Positions 19,870-28,744 of a DNA stretch of 32,000 nucleotides are shown one piece after another (position 1 is the first letter of the stretch; each line of letters opens with the position of its first letter). Source of the stretch: Longivirga aurantiaca (GTDB taxonomy: Bacteria > Actinomycetota > Actinomycetes > S36-B12 > CAIYMF01). Made by a program: the position numbers and the translations under genes. Below the pieces are notes generated by a model, which worked only from the letters and a program-made list of their open reading frames with translations, had not been told where the DNA came from and did no database searches. The stretch lies in contig NZ_JBHSTI010000008.1 in the NCBI RefSeq assembly GCF_042660085.1, forward strand, positions 1,779,876-1,811,875. Direction: 5' to 3'.

Positions 19870-20097
19870 CGGGGGTGTGCGCGGGGTGAAGATCACCCCT
19901 GAGCTGCCGGAGGATCCGCAGGCACGCCCTGCGGGGTAGAACCGGCCGCCTGGAGCGACGCGAGCGGGCGCTGCACGTCCCACGAGGACGAGCGGCGCCA
20001 AGGAGGGTGGTACCGCGGGGCCGCCGGCGCAACGAGCCGGGAGCCTCGTCCCTCCGTCGAGACAGCCCGTCCGGGCAGACGTACGACGGAGGACGCC
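19870..20097 (+). promoter_or_regulatory. T-box riboswitch leader (Ile specifier, translational SD-sequestering type) of ileS
   Basis: Canonical T-box sequence AAGGAGGGTGGTACCGCGGGG, with GGGTGGTACCGCG at 20005..20017. The UGGU would pair with a tRNA 3' ACCA end. A short hairpin GGGG(19883-86)/CCCC(19896-99) presents the loop UGAAGAUCA, carrying AUC (19892-94, Ile codon) followed by the conserved purine A. GGAGGG (20002-07) and the ileS SD GGAGGA (20088-93) can each pair with CCCTCC (20050-55). The sequestrator helix 20047-59/20084-95 is 12 bp with one bulge. The 5' boundary is not determined. Confidence 0.85.
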
Positions 20098-23000
20098 ATG
20101 TACCGCCCTGTGCCGCCGCAGGTCGACCTCGCCGCGGTCGACCACGAGGTGCTCGCCTTCTGGCGCGACCACGACGTCTTCGACCGCTCCCTCGCCCAGA
20201 GCGAGGGCCGCCCGCTCTGGGTGTTCAACGAGGGCCCCCCGACCGCCAACGGCATGCCCGGCACCCACCACGTCGAGGCGCGCGTCTTCAAGGACGTCTT
20301 CCCGCGGTACCGGACGATGAAGGGCTACCACGTCCCCCGCAAGGCCGGCTGGGACTGCCACGGCCTCCCCGTCGAGCTCGCGGTGGAGAAGGAGCTCGGC
20401 TTCTCGGGCAAGAAGGACATCGAGGCGTTCGGCATCGCGGAGTTCAACGCGACGTGCCGCGAGTCGGTGCTGCGCCACGTCGGCGCCTTCGCCGACCTCA
20501 CCGAGCGCATGGGCTACTGGGTCGACATGGGCGACGCCTACTGGACCATGGACCCGCAGTACGTCGAGTCGGTCTGGTGGTCGCTCAAGCAGATCTTCGA
20601 CAAGGGCCTGCTCGTGCAGGACCACCGGGTCTCGCCGTACTGCCCCCGCTGCGGCACGGGGCTGTCCGACCACGAGCTTGCCCAGGGCTACGAGACGGTC
20701 GTCGACCCGTCGGTCTACGTGCGGTTCCCCGTCACGGGCGGCCCGGTCGCCGAGGCGGTCGAGGGTGCCGCGCTGCTGATCTGGACGACGACGCCGTGGA
20801 CCCTCGTGTCCAACACGGCCGTCGCGGTCCACCCCACCGTCGACTACGTCGCTGCGCGCACGGCGGACGGCGAGACGCTCGTCGTCGCGGAGCCGCTGCT
20901 CGCCCAGCTCGGCGACGGCGCCGAGGTCGTCGCCCGCTGGACCGGCACCGAGCTCGCGGGCACGACGTACTCGCGGCCGTTCGACCTCGTCGACATCCCG
21001 GACGCGCACTACGTCGTCACCGCCGACTACGTGACCACCGAGGACGGATCCGGCCTCGTGCACCTCGCGCCGGCGTTCGGTGCCGACGACCTCCTCGTCG
21101 GTCGGGCCAACGGCCTCCCGGTCGTCAATCCCGTGCGGCCCGACGGCACCTTCGAGGAGGGCATCCCCCTCGTCGGCGGCATGTTCTTCAAGAAGGCCGA
21201 CGCGCCGCTGGTCGACGACCTGCAGGCACGGGGGCTGCTGTTCAAGCACGTGCCCTACGAGCACGCCTACCCGCACTGCTGGCGCTGCCACACGCCGCTC
21301 GTCTACTACGCGCAGCCCTCCTGGTACATCCGCACCACCGCGGTGAAGGACGCCCTGCTGCGCGAGAACGAGGGCACCGACTGGCACCCCAGGACGATCC
21401 AGTGGGGGCGGTACGGCGACTGGCTCCACAACAACATCGACTGGGCCCTCTCGCGCAGCCGCTACTGGGGCACACCGCTGCCGATCTGGCGCTGCGACGC
21501 CGGCCACCTGACGTGCGTCGAGTCGTTGGCAGACCTCGGATCCCGTGCCGGGCAAGAGCTCTCGAGCCTCGACCCGCACCGCCCGTTCGTCGACGACGTC
21601 ACGTTCCCGTGCAGCGACTGCGACGGCACGATGACGCGCGTGCCCGAGGTGATCGACGCCTGGTACGACAGCGGAGCCATGCCGTTCGCGCAGTTCGGCT
21701 ACCCGCACACCGGGCAGCAGGAGTTCGCCGATCGCTACCCGGCCGACTTCATCTGCGAGGCGATCGACCAGACGCGCGGGTGGTTCTACACGCTCATGGC
21801 GGTGGGCACGCTGGTCTTCGACAGGTCGTCGTACAAGACGGTGCTCTGCCTCGGCCACATCCTCGACGAGGAGGGCCGGAAGATGAGCAAGCACCTCGGC
21901 AACGTCCTCGAGCCCATCCCGCTGATGGACGAGCACGGCGCCGACGCCGTGCGCTGGTTCATGCTCGCCGGCGGATCCCCGTGGCAGGCACGACGTGTCG
22001 GCCACGGCACGATCCAGGAGGTCGTGCGCAAGACGCTGCTGACCTACTGGAACACCGTGTCGTTCCAGGCGCTGTACGCACGCGAGTCGGGCTTCGAGCC
22101 GACCACCACGGCGGCTCCCCCGGCTGCCGAGCGCCCCGCGCTCGACCGGTGGGCGCTGTCGGAGGCGCACCGGCTCGCGCGCGACGTCGACGCCGCGCTC
22201 GAGTCGTACGACACCCAGAAGGCCGGACGCCTGCTGTCGGCGTACGTCGACGACCTGTCGAACTGGTACGTCCGCCGCTCGCGCCGTCGCTTCTGGGCGG
22301 GCGACCCGTCGGCCCTCGCCACGCTGCACGAGTGCCTGTACGTCGTGACGCTGCTGATGGCGCCGTTCACGCCGTTCATCACCGAGCGGGTCTGGCAGGA
22401 CCTGTTCGCCTCGACCAGCGACGAGCTGCCCGACTCCGTGCACCTGTCCGCGTGGCCGGCCGTCGACGGCGCGCTCGTCGACGACGACCTCGCGGTGCAG
22501 ATGGCGACCGTGCGGCGTCTGGTCGAGCTCGGCCGGGCCGCACGTGCGACGTCCGGCGTCCGCACGCGTCAGCCGCTCGGCCGTGCGCTCGTCGCGTCGC
22601 CCGGGTGGGACAGGCTCTCCCCCGCACTGCGCGCGGAGGTGTCCGAGGAGCTCAACTGCGGCGACCTGCTGCCGCTCGGCGAGATGGCCGGCCACCTGGT
22701 CGACGTGAGCGTGAAGGCCAACTTCCGCGCGCTCGGCAAGCGGTTCGGCAAGGGCACTCCTCCGGTGGCGGAGGCGATCGCGGCGGCCGACGCCGCGGCG
22801 CTCGTGGCCTCGCTGCGCTCGAGCGGCAGCGCGGGCGTCGTCGTCGACGGCGAGGACGTCTCCCTCACCGAGGAGGACGTCGTGATCACCGAGACGCCGG
22901 TGCAGGGCTGGGCCGTGGCCTCGGACGGCGGAGAGACGGTGGCGCTCGACCTCGAGCTCACGCCCGAGCTGCGCCGTGCCGGGCTCGCCCGCGAGTCGGT

Positions 23001-23235
23001 GCGGCTCGTCCAGGACGCACGCAAGTCGTCCGGCTTCGCCGTGAGCGACCGCATCGACCTCTGGTGGGTCGCGACCGACGACGAGCTCGGCGAGGCGTTG
23101 CGCGAGCACGGCAGCACCGTGGCCGACGAGGTGCTCGCGACGTGCTTCACCGAGGGCGAGCCCGCCGAGGCCGCGGGCCTGTTCGCCGGCGAGGACCTCG
23201 AGCTCGGCCTGCGCTTCTGGGTCCGCACCGTCTAG
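20098..23235 (+). CDS. ileS: isoleucine--tRNA ligase (type 2, actinobacterial/eukaryote-like)
   Basis: 1045 aa. PPTANGMPGTHH (HIGH region), WDCHGLP, CP1 editing domain, KMSKHLGN (KMSKS). ATG 20098 lies 4 nt after GGAGGA. Confidence 0.97.
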   Translation: MYRPVPPQVDLAAVDHEVLAFWRDHDVFDRSLAQSEGRPLWVFNEGPPTANGMPGTHHVEARVFKDVFPRYRTMKGYHVPRKAGWDCHGLPVELAVEKELGFSGKKDIEAFGIAEFNATCRESVLRHVGAFADLTERMGYWVDMGDAYWTMDPQYVESVWWSLKQIFDKGLLVQDHRVSPYCPRCGTGLSDHELAQGYETVVDPSVYVRFPVTGGPVAEAVEGAALLIWTTTPWTLVSNTAVAVHPTVDYVAARTADGETLVVAEPLLAQLGDGAEVVARWTGTELAGTTYSRPFDLVDIPDAHYVVTADYVTTEDGSGLVHLAPAFGADDLLVGRANGLPVVNPVRPDGTFEEGIPLVGGMFFKKADAPLVDDLQARGLLFKHVPYEHAYPHCWRCHTPLVYYAQPSWYIRTTAVKDALLRENEGTDWHPRTIQWGRYGDWLHNNIDWALSRSRYWGTPLPIWRCDAGHLTCVESLADLGSRAGQELSSLDPHRPFVDDVTFPCSDCDGTMTRVPEVIDAWYDSGAMPFAQFGYPHTGQQEFADRYPADFICEAIDQTRGWFYTLMAVGTLVFDRSSYKTVLCLGHILDEEGRKMSKHLGNVLEPIPLMDEHGADAVRWFMLAGGSPWQARRVGHGTIQEVVRKTLLTYWNTVSFQALYARESGFEPTTTAAPPAAERPALDRWALSEAHRLARDVDAALESYDTQKAGRLLSAYVDDLSNWYVRRSRRRFWAGDPSALATLHECLYVVTLLMAPFTPFITERVWQDLFASTSDELPDSVHLSAWPAVDGALVDDDLAVQMATVRRLVELGRAARATSGVRTRQPLGRALVASPGWDRLSPALRAEVSEELNCGDLLPLGEMAGHLVDVSVKANFRALGKRFGKGTPPVAEAIAAADAAALVASLRSSGSAGVVVDGEDVSLTEEDVVITETPVQGWAVASDGGETVALDLELTPELRRAGLARESVRLVQDARKSSGFAVSDRIDLWWVATDDELGEALREHGSTVADEVLATCFTEGEPAEAAGLFAGEDLELGLRFWVRTV

Positions 23236-23236
23236 T

Positions 23237-23291
23237 CGACGTACGAGGAGGCCCCGACCGCGTGCTGCGGTCGGGGCCTCGTCGTACGTCG
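23237..23291. terminator. bidirectional intrinsic-terminator-like hairpin between convergent ileS and divIVA
   Basis: Arms 23237-23261 and 23267-23291 pair at 24 of 25 positions (single G/G mismatch at 23247/23281), with loop GTGCT. It starts 2 nt after the ileS TAG and ends 5 nt before the divIVA TGA. There is no U-tract on either side, which is common for GC-rich actinobacterial terminators. Confidence 0.6.
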
Positions 23292-23295
23292 GTGC

Positions 23296-24006
23296 TCAGC
23301 CCTGGTGCGGCGGCGTGCTCTCGCCGGGCACGGCGAACGGAGAGGCCGGCGGGGGCTGCGTCGCCGGAGCGCCCTGGGTCACCGGAGGGCCTTGGGGGGC
23401 GAGGCCCGGGGTGGGCGGTGCCGGGGGTGCGGTCGGAGGTGCCGGCGGGGCGGCCTGGGCCGGGGGCGCGGTCGGCACGCCGCCGGCAGCGGGCGCCGCG
23501 GGCGCAGCCGGAGCGGCGGGGCTGCCGTCGGTGCCGCGGTGGTCGAGATCCTTGAGCGCCGCCTCGTGGTGCTGGCGCAGGCGGGTGCGGTACTCGCGCT
23601 CGAAGGCGCGCAGCTCCTCGACGCGGCGCTCGAGGTTCTGCCGCTCGGCGGCGGCGGACTGCTCGAGCGCGGCGGCCTTGGCCCGCGCGTCCGCGAGCAG
23701 CGCGTCTGCCTCGGCCTTGGCCTTGGCGGTGTGCTCGCTCGCGGTCTTCTGGGCGAGGGCGAGCATCGCGACGGCCTCGGCGTTGTGGTCCGGCGCAGGA
23801 GCGGCCGGGGCGGGCGCGGCCGGGGCAGCCGCTGCCGCCTGCTCGGCGGCGCTGACGCGGCCCTTGAGCTCGGCGTTCTCGCGGGCCAGCGAGCCGATCT
23901 CGACCTCGACCTGGTCGAGGAACGAGTCGACCTCATCCATCTCGTAGCCCTTGCGCTTGGCAGTCGAGAACTGCTTGTTGCGCACGTCCTCGGGAGTGAG
24001 AGCCAT
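23296..24006 (-). CDS. divIVA: cell-division/polar-growth protein DivIVA (Wag31-like)
   Basis: 236 aa from ATG 24006, with GAGG 8 nt upstream (the track uses GTG 24015, 3 extra codons): MALTPEDVRNKQFSTAKRKGYEMDEVDSFLDQVEVEI, then coiled coil and a Pro/Ala-rich tail. Sits after yggT-sepF as in actinobacterial dcw clusters. Confidence 0.9.
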   Translation of the reverse strand: MALTPEDVRNKQFSTAKRKGYEMDEVDSFLDQVEVEIGSLARENAELKGRVSAAEQAAAAAPAAPAPAAPAPDHNAEAVAMLALAQKTASEHTAKAKAEADALLADARAKAAALEQSAAAERQNLERRVEELRAFEREYRTRLRQHHEAALKDLDHRGTDGSPAAPAAPAAPAAGGVPTAPPAQAAPPAPPTAPPAPPTPGLAPQGPPVTQGAPATQPPPASPFAVPGESTPPHQG

Positions 24007-24139
24007 GGGGGTCACCTCGGTGTCAGGAGCGGGTCGGGCTACGGGTCTGGCCTGGGGTCGGGCGCTTCGGGTCGGAGTCTAGAACGGGAACAGCCGCTGA
24101 TTCGCATCGCTGCGCGCGCGTCACGCCGAAGGTCCGGCG

Positions 24140-24442
24140 TCAGAACATGAGCACGATGCCCGACAGGATGCGGATCAGGATGAACAGGATGAGAAAGACG
24201 ACGGTCAGCTGGAAGTCGAACATGCCCACACGGATCGACGGGATGACGCGCTGGAGCAGCTTGATCGGCGGATCGGTGACCGTGTAGATGAGCTCGACGA
24301 GCACCAGGACCGGCCCCGAGGGGCGCCAGTCGCGGGCGAAGATGAACACGTAGTCGACGACGATGCGGGCGATCAGCACGATGAGGTACGCCTGCAGCAC
24401 GAAGAAGAGCGTGCTCCCGACGATGGTGGTGCCGATGGTCAC
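24140..24442 (-). CDS. YggT family membrane protein
   Basis: 100 aa, GTG start, multi-TM. YLIVLIARIVVDY...DPPIKLLQRVIPSIR...FDFQLTVVFLIL matches the YggT/Ycf19 pattern. Conserved position between sepF and divIVA. Confidence 0.85.
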   Translation of the reverse strand: MTIGTTIVGSTLFFVLQAYLIVLIARIVVDYVFIFARDWRPSGPVLVLVELIYTVTDPPIKLLQRVIPSIRVGMFDFQLTVVFLILFILIRILSGIVLMF

Positions 24443-24474
24443 GCTGGTCCTGTCGGTCGGGAGCGGAGCGGTGC

Positions 24475-25014
24475 TCAGCTCTGGTTGAAGAAGCCGTCCT
24501 GGGCGAGGCGCTTGGCCTCGGCCGCGACGTCGACGTTGGCGGGCGAGAGCAGGAACACCTTGTTGGTGACGCGCTCGATGGTGCCGCGGCAGCCGAAGAC
24601 GAGACCCGCCGCGAAGTCGACGATGCGCTTGGCGTCGGTGTCGTCCATCTCGGTGAGGTTCATGATGACCGGCACGCCCTCGCGGAACTCCTCGCCGATG
24701 CGGCGGGCGTCGTTGTAGGTGCGCGGGTGCAGCGTGGTGATCCGGTAGAAGTCGCTCACGCCGAAGGCGTCGACGCTGGACTCCGAGGCGCGCGGCGCGG
24801 ACGCCGCCGGGGTCTCGACCGGCCGCGACGTGCGGACGGCCGGCTCGACCGTGCGTGTGGCTGCCCGCGGCTCGGGCCGCACCTCGCGGACGGAGGAGTA
24901 CTGCTGGGTGTCGCGCGCCGGGCGTGCGTCGGCGTAGTCGTCGTCGGCTGCATACTCGAGGGCCTCGTCCTCGACCAGGCCGAGGTAGACCGCCATCTTG
25001 CGCATCGCGCCCAT
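24475..25014 (-). CDS. sepF: cell division protein SepF
   Basis: 179 aa from ATG 25014, with GAGGAG 5 nt upstream: [16 protein letters not shown] (membrane-binding helix)...[29 protein letters not shown]...[14 protein letters not shown]. The 308-aa track extension is junk. Confidence 0.9.
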   Translation of the reverse strand: MGAMRKMAVYLGLVEDEALEYAADDDYADARPARDTQQYSSVREVRPEPRAATRTVEPAVRTSRPVETPAASAPRASESSVDAFGVSDFYRITTLHPRTYNDARRIGEEFREGVPVIMNLTEMDDTDAKRIVDFAAGLVFGCRGTIERVTNKVFLLSPANVDVAAEAKRLAQDGFFNQS

Positions 25015-25108
25015 GCCTGCTCCTCTGCCGTCCCGGCGGTGGTGCCGGTTCGTCGTGCTCGTGTGGTCCTCGGGAGGCGGCAGATCACCGCACACCCGTA
25101 CGGGAACG

Positions 25109-25849
25109 CTACCTGAGCCCGGCGCGTCCTCCGAGCACCGCCGTCCCCACCCGCACGTGTGTCGCGCCTGCGGCGACGGCCTCCTCGAGGTCGCCGGACA
25201 TCCCCGCGGACACCACGGTGGCGGACGGATGCGCCGCGCGCACCTCGGCGGCCAGCGCGGCCAGGCGGGCGAAGGCCGGCCGGGGGTCGACCGGGCTGCC
25301 GTCCGGGCCGAGCGGTGCGACCGCCATGACGCCGCCGAGGCGCAGCGACGAGCAGCCCGCCACCACGTCGGCGAGGGCGAGGACCTCGCGCGGGTCGGCA
25401 CCGCCCCGGTGCGCGGGCGGCGAGCCGTCGGGGACGTCGGCGAGCCCCACCTGCACGAGCACCTCGAGCACCCGGCCGTGCTCCCCCGCGGCCCTGTCGA
25501 GGGCGGTGACGAGCTCGGGCCGGTCTACCGACTCCACGACGTCGGCGTACGCCGCCACCGAGCGGGCCTTGTTGCGCTGCAGCTGCCCGACGAAGTGCCA
25601 GCGGACCCCGAGGTCGGCGCACTCCTCGTGCTTGGGCCTCGCCTCCTGGTCGCGGTTCTCCGCGACGTCGGTGACACCGAGCGCCGCGAGCAGACGGACG
25701 TCGGACGCCGGCCAGGTCTTGGTGACGGCGACGAGGGTCACGTCGTCCGGCGCGCGACCTGCGGCTGCCGCGGCCAGGCCGATCCGCGCATGCACCTCCG
25801 CCAGGTTGGCGGCGAGCTCGGCCGACCGCTGCGCGGGCGTCAGCGTCAC
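25109..25849 (-). CDS. ylmE: YggS/YlmE family pyridoxal-phosphate homeostasis protein
   Basis: 246 aa from GTG 25849, which overlaps the pgeF TGA as GTGA: [11 protein letters not shown] (PLP Lys)...VAENRDQE...[11 protein letters not shown]...[26 protein letters not shown]-type motifs. Confidence 0.9.
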   Translation of the reverse strand: MTLTPAQRSAELAANLAEVHARIGLAAAAAGRAPDDVTLVAVTKTWPASDVRLLAALGVTDVAENRDQEARPKHEECADLGVRWHFVGQLQRNKARSVAAYADVVESVDRPELVTALDRAAGEHGRVLEVLVQVGLADVPDGSPPAHRGGADPREVLALADVVAGCSSLRLGGVMAVAPLGPDGSPVDPRPAFARLAALAAEVRAAHPSATVVSAGMSGDLEEAVAAGATHVRVGTAVLGGRAGLR

Positions 25850-26595
25850 GACTGCTCCGGCTCGAGGCTGACCACGCCGCCGTGCCGGCCCGTGAGCCTG
25901 TCGCGGCGGAAGGAGTAGAGCGCGTCGGACTCCTGGGTGCACCCGCCGTGGAGCGTCACGTGGGCACCGGCCCCGCGCAGCCTGTCGACGGCGGCCGCGC
26001 GCAGGTCGAGCCCGTACGCGCCGTCGCGCGCGACCGAGGCGGCGGACGGCGCGATCGCGACGACCTGGTCGTACCTCTCGCGCGGGACGTCGTAGCAGAG
26101 GCCGCACACAGCCGGTCCGACCACGGCGCGGATGCGGGCGGGGTCGGCGCCGAGGTCGACCATCGAGGTGAGCGTGCTGCCGACGACGTCGGACGCGATG
26201 CCGCGCCAGCCCGCGTGCACGACGGCGACCACGCCCGCGTCGCTGTCGCCGAGCAGCACGGGCACGCAGTCGGCCGCGACGGTGAGCAGCGCGATCCCGG
26301 GCACGCGCGTGACGAGGGCATCGACCTCGGGCACGGGCTCGGGCTGGGGAGCACCGACCTCGCCGACGTCGTTGCCGTGCACCGGCGCCATCGACACGAG
26401 GCGGTGGCCCTCGACGCCGACCGCGGCGGCGAGGGCGTCCCGGTGGGCGCGCACACGGTCGGGGTCGTCACCGACGTGGTCGGCGACGTTGAAGGCGTCG
26501 TACGGCGGCGCGCTCGACGGCACGCCGTCGACCGCGAGCCGGTCGGAGAAGGCCCAGCGGATCCGCGGGCCGAGGTGTCCCTGCGCGAGCGTCAC
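25846..26595 (-). CDS. pgeF: YfiH/PgeF family laccase-domain protein (peptidoglycan editing factor / purine nucleoside phosphorylase-like)
   Basis: 249 aa, GTG start: FNVADHVGDDP, VHGNDV, TVAADCVPVLL, VVHAGWRG, GPAVCGLCYDV, CTQESDALYSFRRD. These are family His/Cys/His motifs. Immediately downstream of ftsZ, as in other actinobacteria. Confidence 0.85.
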   Translation of the reverse strand: MTLAQGHLGPRIRWAFSDRLAVDGVPSSAPPYDAFNVADHVGDDPDRVRAHRDALAAAVGVEGHRLVSMAPVHGNDVGEVGAPQPEPVPEVDALVTRVPGIALLTVAADCVPVLLGDSDAGVVAVVHAGWRGIASDVVGSTLTSMVDLGADPARIRAVVGPAVCGLCYDVPRERYDQVVAIAPSAASVARDGAYGLDLRAAAVDRLRGAGAHVTLHGGCTQESDALYSFRRDRLTGRHGGVVSLEPEQS

Positions 26596-26596
26596 A

Positions 26597-26622
26597 CCCC
26601 CACCCCACCATCGGGGCGGGGG
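26597..26622 (-). other. C-tract/G-tract hairpin in the ftsZ-pgeF spacer (possible attenuator, terminator or RBS-occluding structure)
   Basis: On the minus-sense RNA, CCCCCGCCCC GAUGGU GGGGUGGGGG. That is 10 pairs including one G-U (26602/26617), with a 6-nt loop. It ends 1 nt before the pgeF GTG (26595) and begins 22 nt after the ftsZ stop. Confidence 0.3.
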
Positions 26623-26644
26623 CGCGTGCCACCCGGGGTCGTGA

Positions 26645-27817
26645 CTACTTCAGGAAGTCGGGGACGTCGAGGTCGTCGTCGTCGCCGGCGTCGTCGAAGA
26701 CGATCCGGCGCGGCTCCTTCTTCGGCTCCTCCTCGACGGGCACCTGGCTGACCGGGAGGACCGGCGCCTGGCCGGGCTCCGCGGTGGCGCGCGCGGTGTC
26801 GACGGCGAGCGGCGTCTCGTCGAAGTCACCCTTGGTCACAGCCTTGGTCCCGGTGCGACGCGCTGGGGGAAGACCGCCGTCGAAGCCGGCCGCGATGACC
26901 GTGACGCGCACCTCGTCGCCGAGGGTGTCGTCGATGACGGCGCCGAAGATGATGTTGGCCTCGGGGTGGGCCGCGTCCGCGACGAGGCGCGCGGCCTCGT
27001 TGATCTCGAACAGGCCGAGGTCGGAGCCGCCGGAGATCGAGAGCAGGACGCCGTGGGCGCCGTCGATGCTCGCCTCGAGGAGCGGGCTGGAGATCGCCGA
27101 CTCCGCGGCGGAGACGGCGCGGTCGTCACCGCGGGCCGAGCCGATGCCCATGAGGGCGCTGCCCGCGCCCGCCATGATGCTCTTCACGTCGGCGAAGTCG
27201 AGGTTGATCAGGCCGGGCGTGGTGATGAGGTCGGTGATGCCGCTGACGCCCTGCAGGAGCACCTGGTCGGCCTGACGGAACGCGTCGAGCATCGAGATGC
27301 TGCGGTCCGACAGCGAGAGCAGGCGGTCGTTCGGGATGACGATGAGGGTGTCGACCTCGGCGCGCAGCGAGTCGACGCCGGTGTCGGCCTGGACCCCGCG
27401 GCGCTTGCCCTCGAAGCCGAACGGACGGGTGACGACGCCGATGGTGAGCGCGCCGAGCTTGCGGGCGATGCTGGCCACGACGGGGGCGCCGCCGGTGCCG
27501 GTGCCGCCGCCCTCGCCGGCCGTCACGAAGACCATGTCGGCGCCCTTGAGCACCTCTTCGATGTCCTCGGCGTGGTCCATCGCGGCCTGGCGGCCGACCT
27601 CGGGGTCGGCGCCGGCGCCGAGCCCGCGGGTCAGCTCGCGGCCGATGTCGAGCTTGACGTCGGCGTCGCTCATGAGCAGCGCCTGGGCGTCGGTGTTGAC
27701 GGCGATGAACTCCACGCCCTTGAGGCCCACCTCGATCATCCGGTTGACGGCGTTGACGCCGCCTCCGCCGATCCCGACGACCTTGATGACCGCGAGGTAG
27801 TTCTGGGGAGCCGCCAC
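26645..27817 (-). CDS. ftsZ: cell division GTPase FtsZ
   Basis: 390 aa, GTG start: [39 protein letters not shown] (tubulin signature), NDRLL, C-terminal [10 protein letters not shown] peptide. Confidence 0.98.
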   Translation of the reverse strand: MAAPQNYLAVIKVVGIGGGGVNAVNRMIEVGLKGVEFIAVNTDAQALLMSDADVKLDIGRELTRGLGAGADPEVGRQAAMDHAEDIEEVLKGADMVFVTAGEGGGTGTGGAPVVASIARKLGALTIGVVTRPFGFEGKRRGVQADTGVDSLRAEVDTLIVIPNDRLLSLSDRSISMLDAFRQADQVLLQGVSGITDLITTPGLINLDFADVKSIMAGAGSALMGIGSARGDDRAVSAAESAISSPLLEASIDGAHGVLLSISGGSDLGLFEINEAARLVADAAHPEANIIFGAVIDDTLGDEVRVTVIAAGFDGGLPPARRTGTKAVTKGDFDETPLAVDTARATAEPGQAPVLPVSQVPVEEEPKKEPRRIVFDDAGDDDDLDVPDFLK

Positions 27818-28027
27818 GGCACGTGCCTTCCACTCGTCGTCGTCCGGACGCCCGAACTCTCACCCTCAGGTAGAGGTGAATAGTTATGTCATCCTGTGGT
27901 TAGGGGTGAACCTACGGCGCGTCACCCGCGTGGCGCAAGATCGAGGTGCGCCACATCGCCGGACGCCGCCGGGGCCGGGGCCGTGATCGCTTGCGGCGCA
28001 AGGGATGCCCGGCGTCCAGAAAGCCGG
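27818..28027 (-). promoter_or_regulatory. ftsQ-ftsZ intergenic region, with a low-GC core likely carrying ftsZ promoter(s) or operator(s)
   Basis: 210-nt gap in an otherwise tightly packed cluster. Positions 27868-27902 are about 40% GC, well below the surrounding sequence. Contains the decamers TAGAGGTGAA (27871-80) and TAGGGGTGAA (27901-10) plus inverted TCACCC copies (27860-65, 27922-27). I recall internal ftsZ promoters mapped in the ftsQ-ftsZ gap of other actinobacteria. No exact -10/-35 call is made. Confidence 0.35.
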
Positions 28028-28744
28028 TCAGGAACCGGAGAGGGTCCCGCGGGTGGTCGGCAGGTCCGGCGCGCTGACGTCGTAGTACGCCGCCTTCAGC
28101 GGCAGCAGGGCGGCGAGCACGGCGATCTTGGCCTCGGCCTGCTCGGCGCTCCCCCACTGCACGAGCGCGCCTCCGCGGAGGCTGAGGACGACGTCGTCGC
28201 GACTGCGGGCCACCACGGCCACGACCCGCGCGCGCAGGTCGGCGGGCAGCGAGTCGACCACCTGGACGCCGGCGAGCAGCGAGGTCTCGTCCGACGGACG
28301 CACGACCGGCAGGGCCGCGGGGCGCGTCGATGCCGAGCCGAAGCGCGCGCCGGTGGCATCGACGTAGGCGAACCCCGGGCCCGCGCGCACCACGCCGACC
28401 GGCGTGCGCTCGGTGACGACCACGACGAGGACGTCCGGCCAGCCGCGGCGCACCTCGACCGCGCCGACCTCCGGGATCGCGCCGACGCGCTCGGCGACGC
28501 CGTCGGCGTCCACCCGCGCGAGCGGGGTGCCGACGCGCACCGACGCCGCGGTGCGCACCTGGTCGACGGGGACGCCCGTGGCGCCGACGACGCGGACCTC
28601 CTGCACCGACAGGACCGAGGAGAACCAGACGAGCCAGACCGCGACGCCCGCGATCATGGCCACGAGCGCGAGGGCGAGCCACGTCCTCCAGCCGCCCTGC
28701 CGACGCGCGGCGGTGAAGCGCTCGGTCGACTCCAGGACCGTCAT
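28028..28744 (-). CDS. ftsQ: cell division protein FtsQ (POTRA domain)
   Basis: 238 aa from ATG 28744, overlapping the murC TGA as ATGA: short cytoplasmic tail, one TM (WLALALVAMIAGVAVWLVWF), then POTRA-like VQEVRVVGATGVP...VRRGWPDVLVVVVTER. The 531-aa track ORF is an artefactual extension. Confidence 0.85.
   Translation of the reverse strand: MTVLESTERFTAARRQGGWRTWLALALVAMIAGVAVWLVWFSSVLSVQEVRVVGATGVPVDQVRTAASVRVGTPLARVDADGVAERVGAIPEVGAVEVRRGWPDVLVVVVTERTPVGVVRAGPGFAYVDATGARFGSASTRPAALPVVRPSDETSLLAGVQVVDSLPADLRARVVAVVARSRDDVVLSLRGGALVQWGSAEQAEAKIAVLAALLPLKAAYYDVSAPDLPTTRGTLSGS

Noticed and set aside
24076-24081. TAGACT on the minus strand about 70 nt upstream of the divIVA ATG, considered as a -10 box. 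A 6-bp hairpin ACGCCG/CGGCGT overlaps the yggT stop (about 24122-24139).
   Set aside because: There is no acceptable -35 at 16-19 nt, a single TANNNT hexamer is expected by chance, and the stem is too short to call a terminator.
24140-24442. The yggT gene looks noticeably less GC-rich than its neighbours, so I considered a foreign origin.
   Set aside because: The drop comes from an Ile/Leu/Phe/Val-rich membrane-protein composition. Third positions remain G/C-biased (ATC, TTC, CTG, GTC), and the gene sits in its conserved sepF-yggT-divIVA position.
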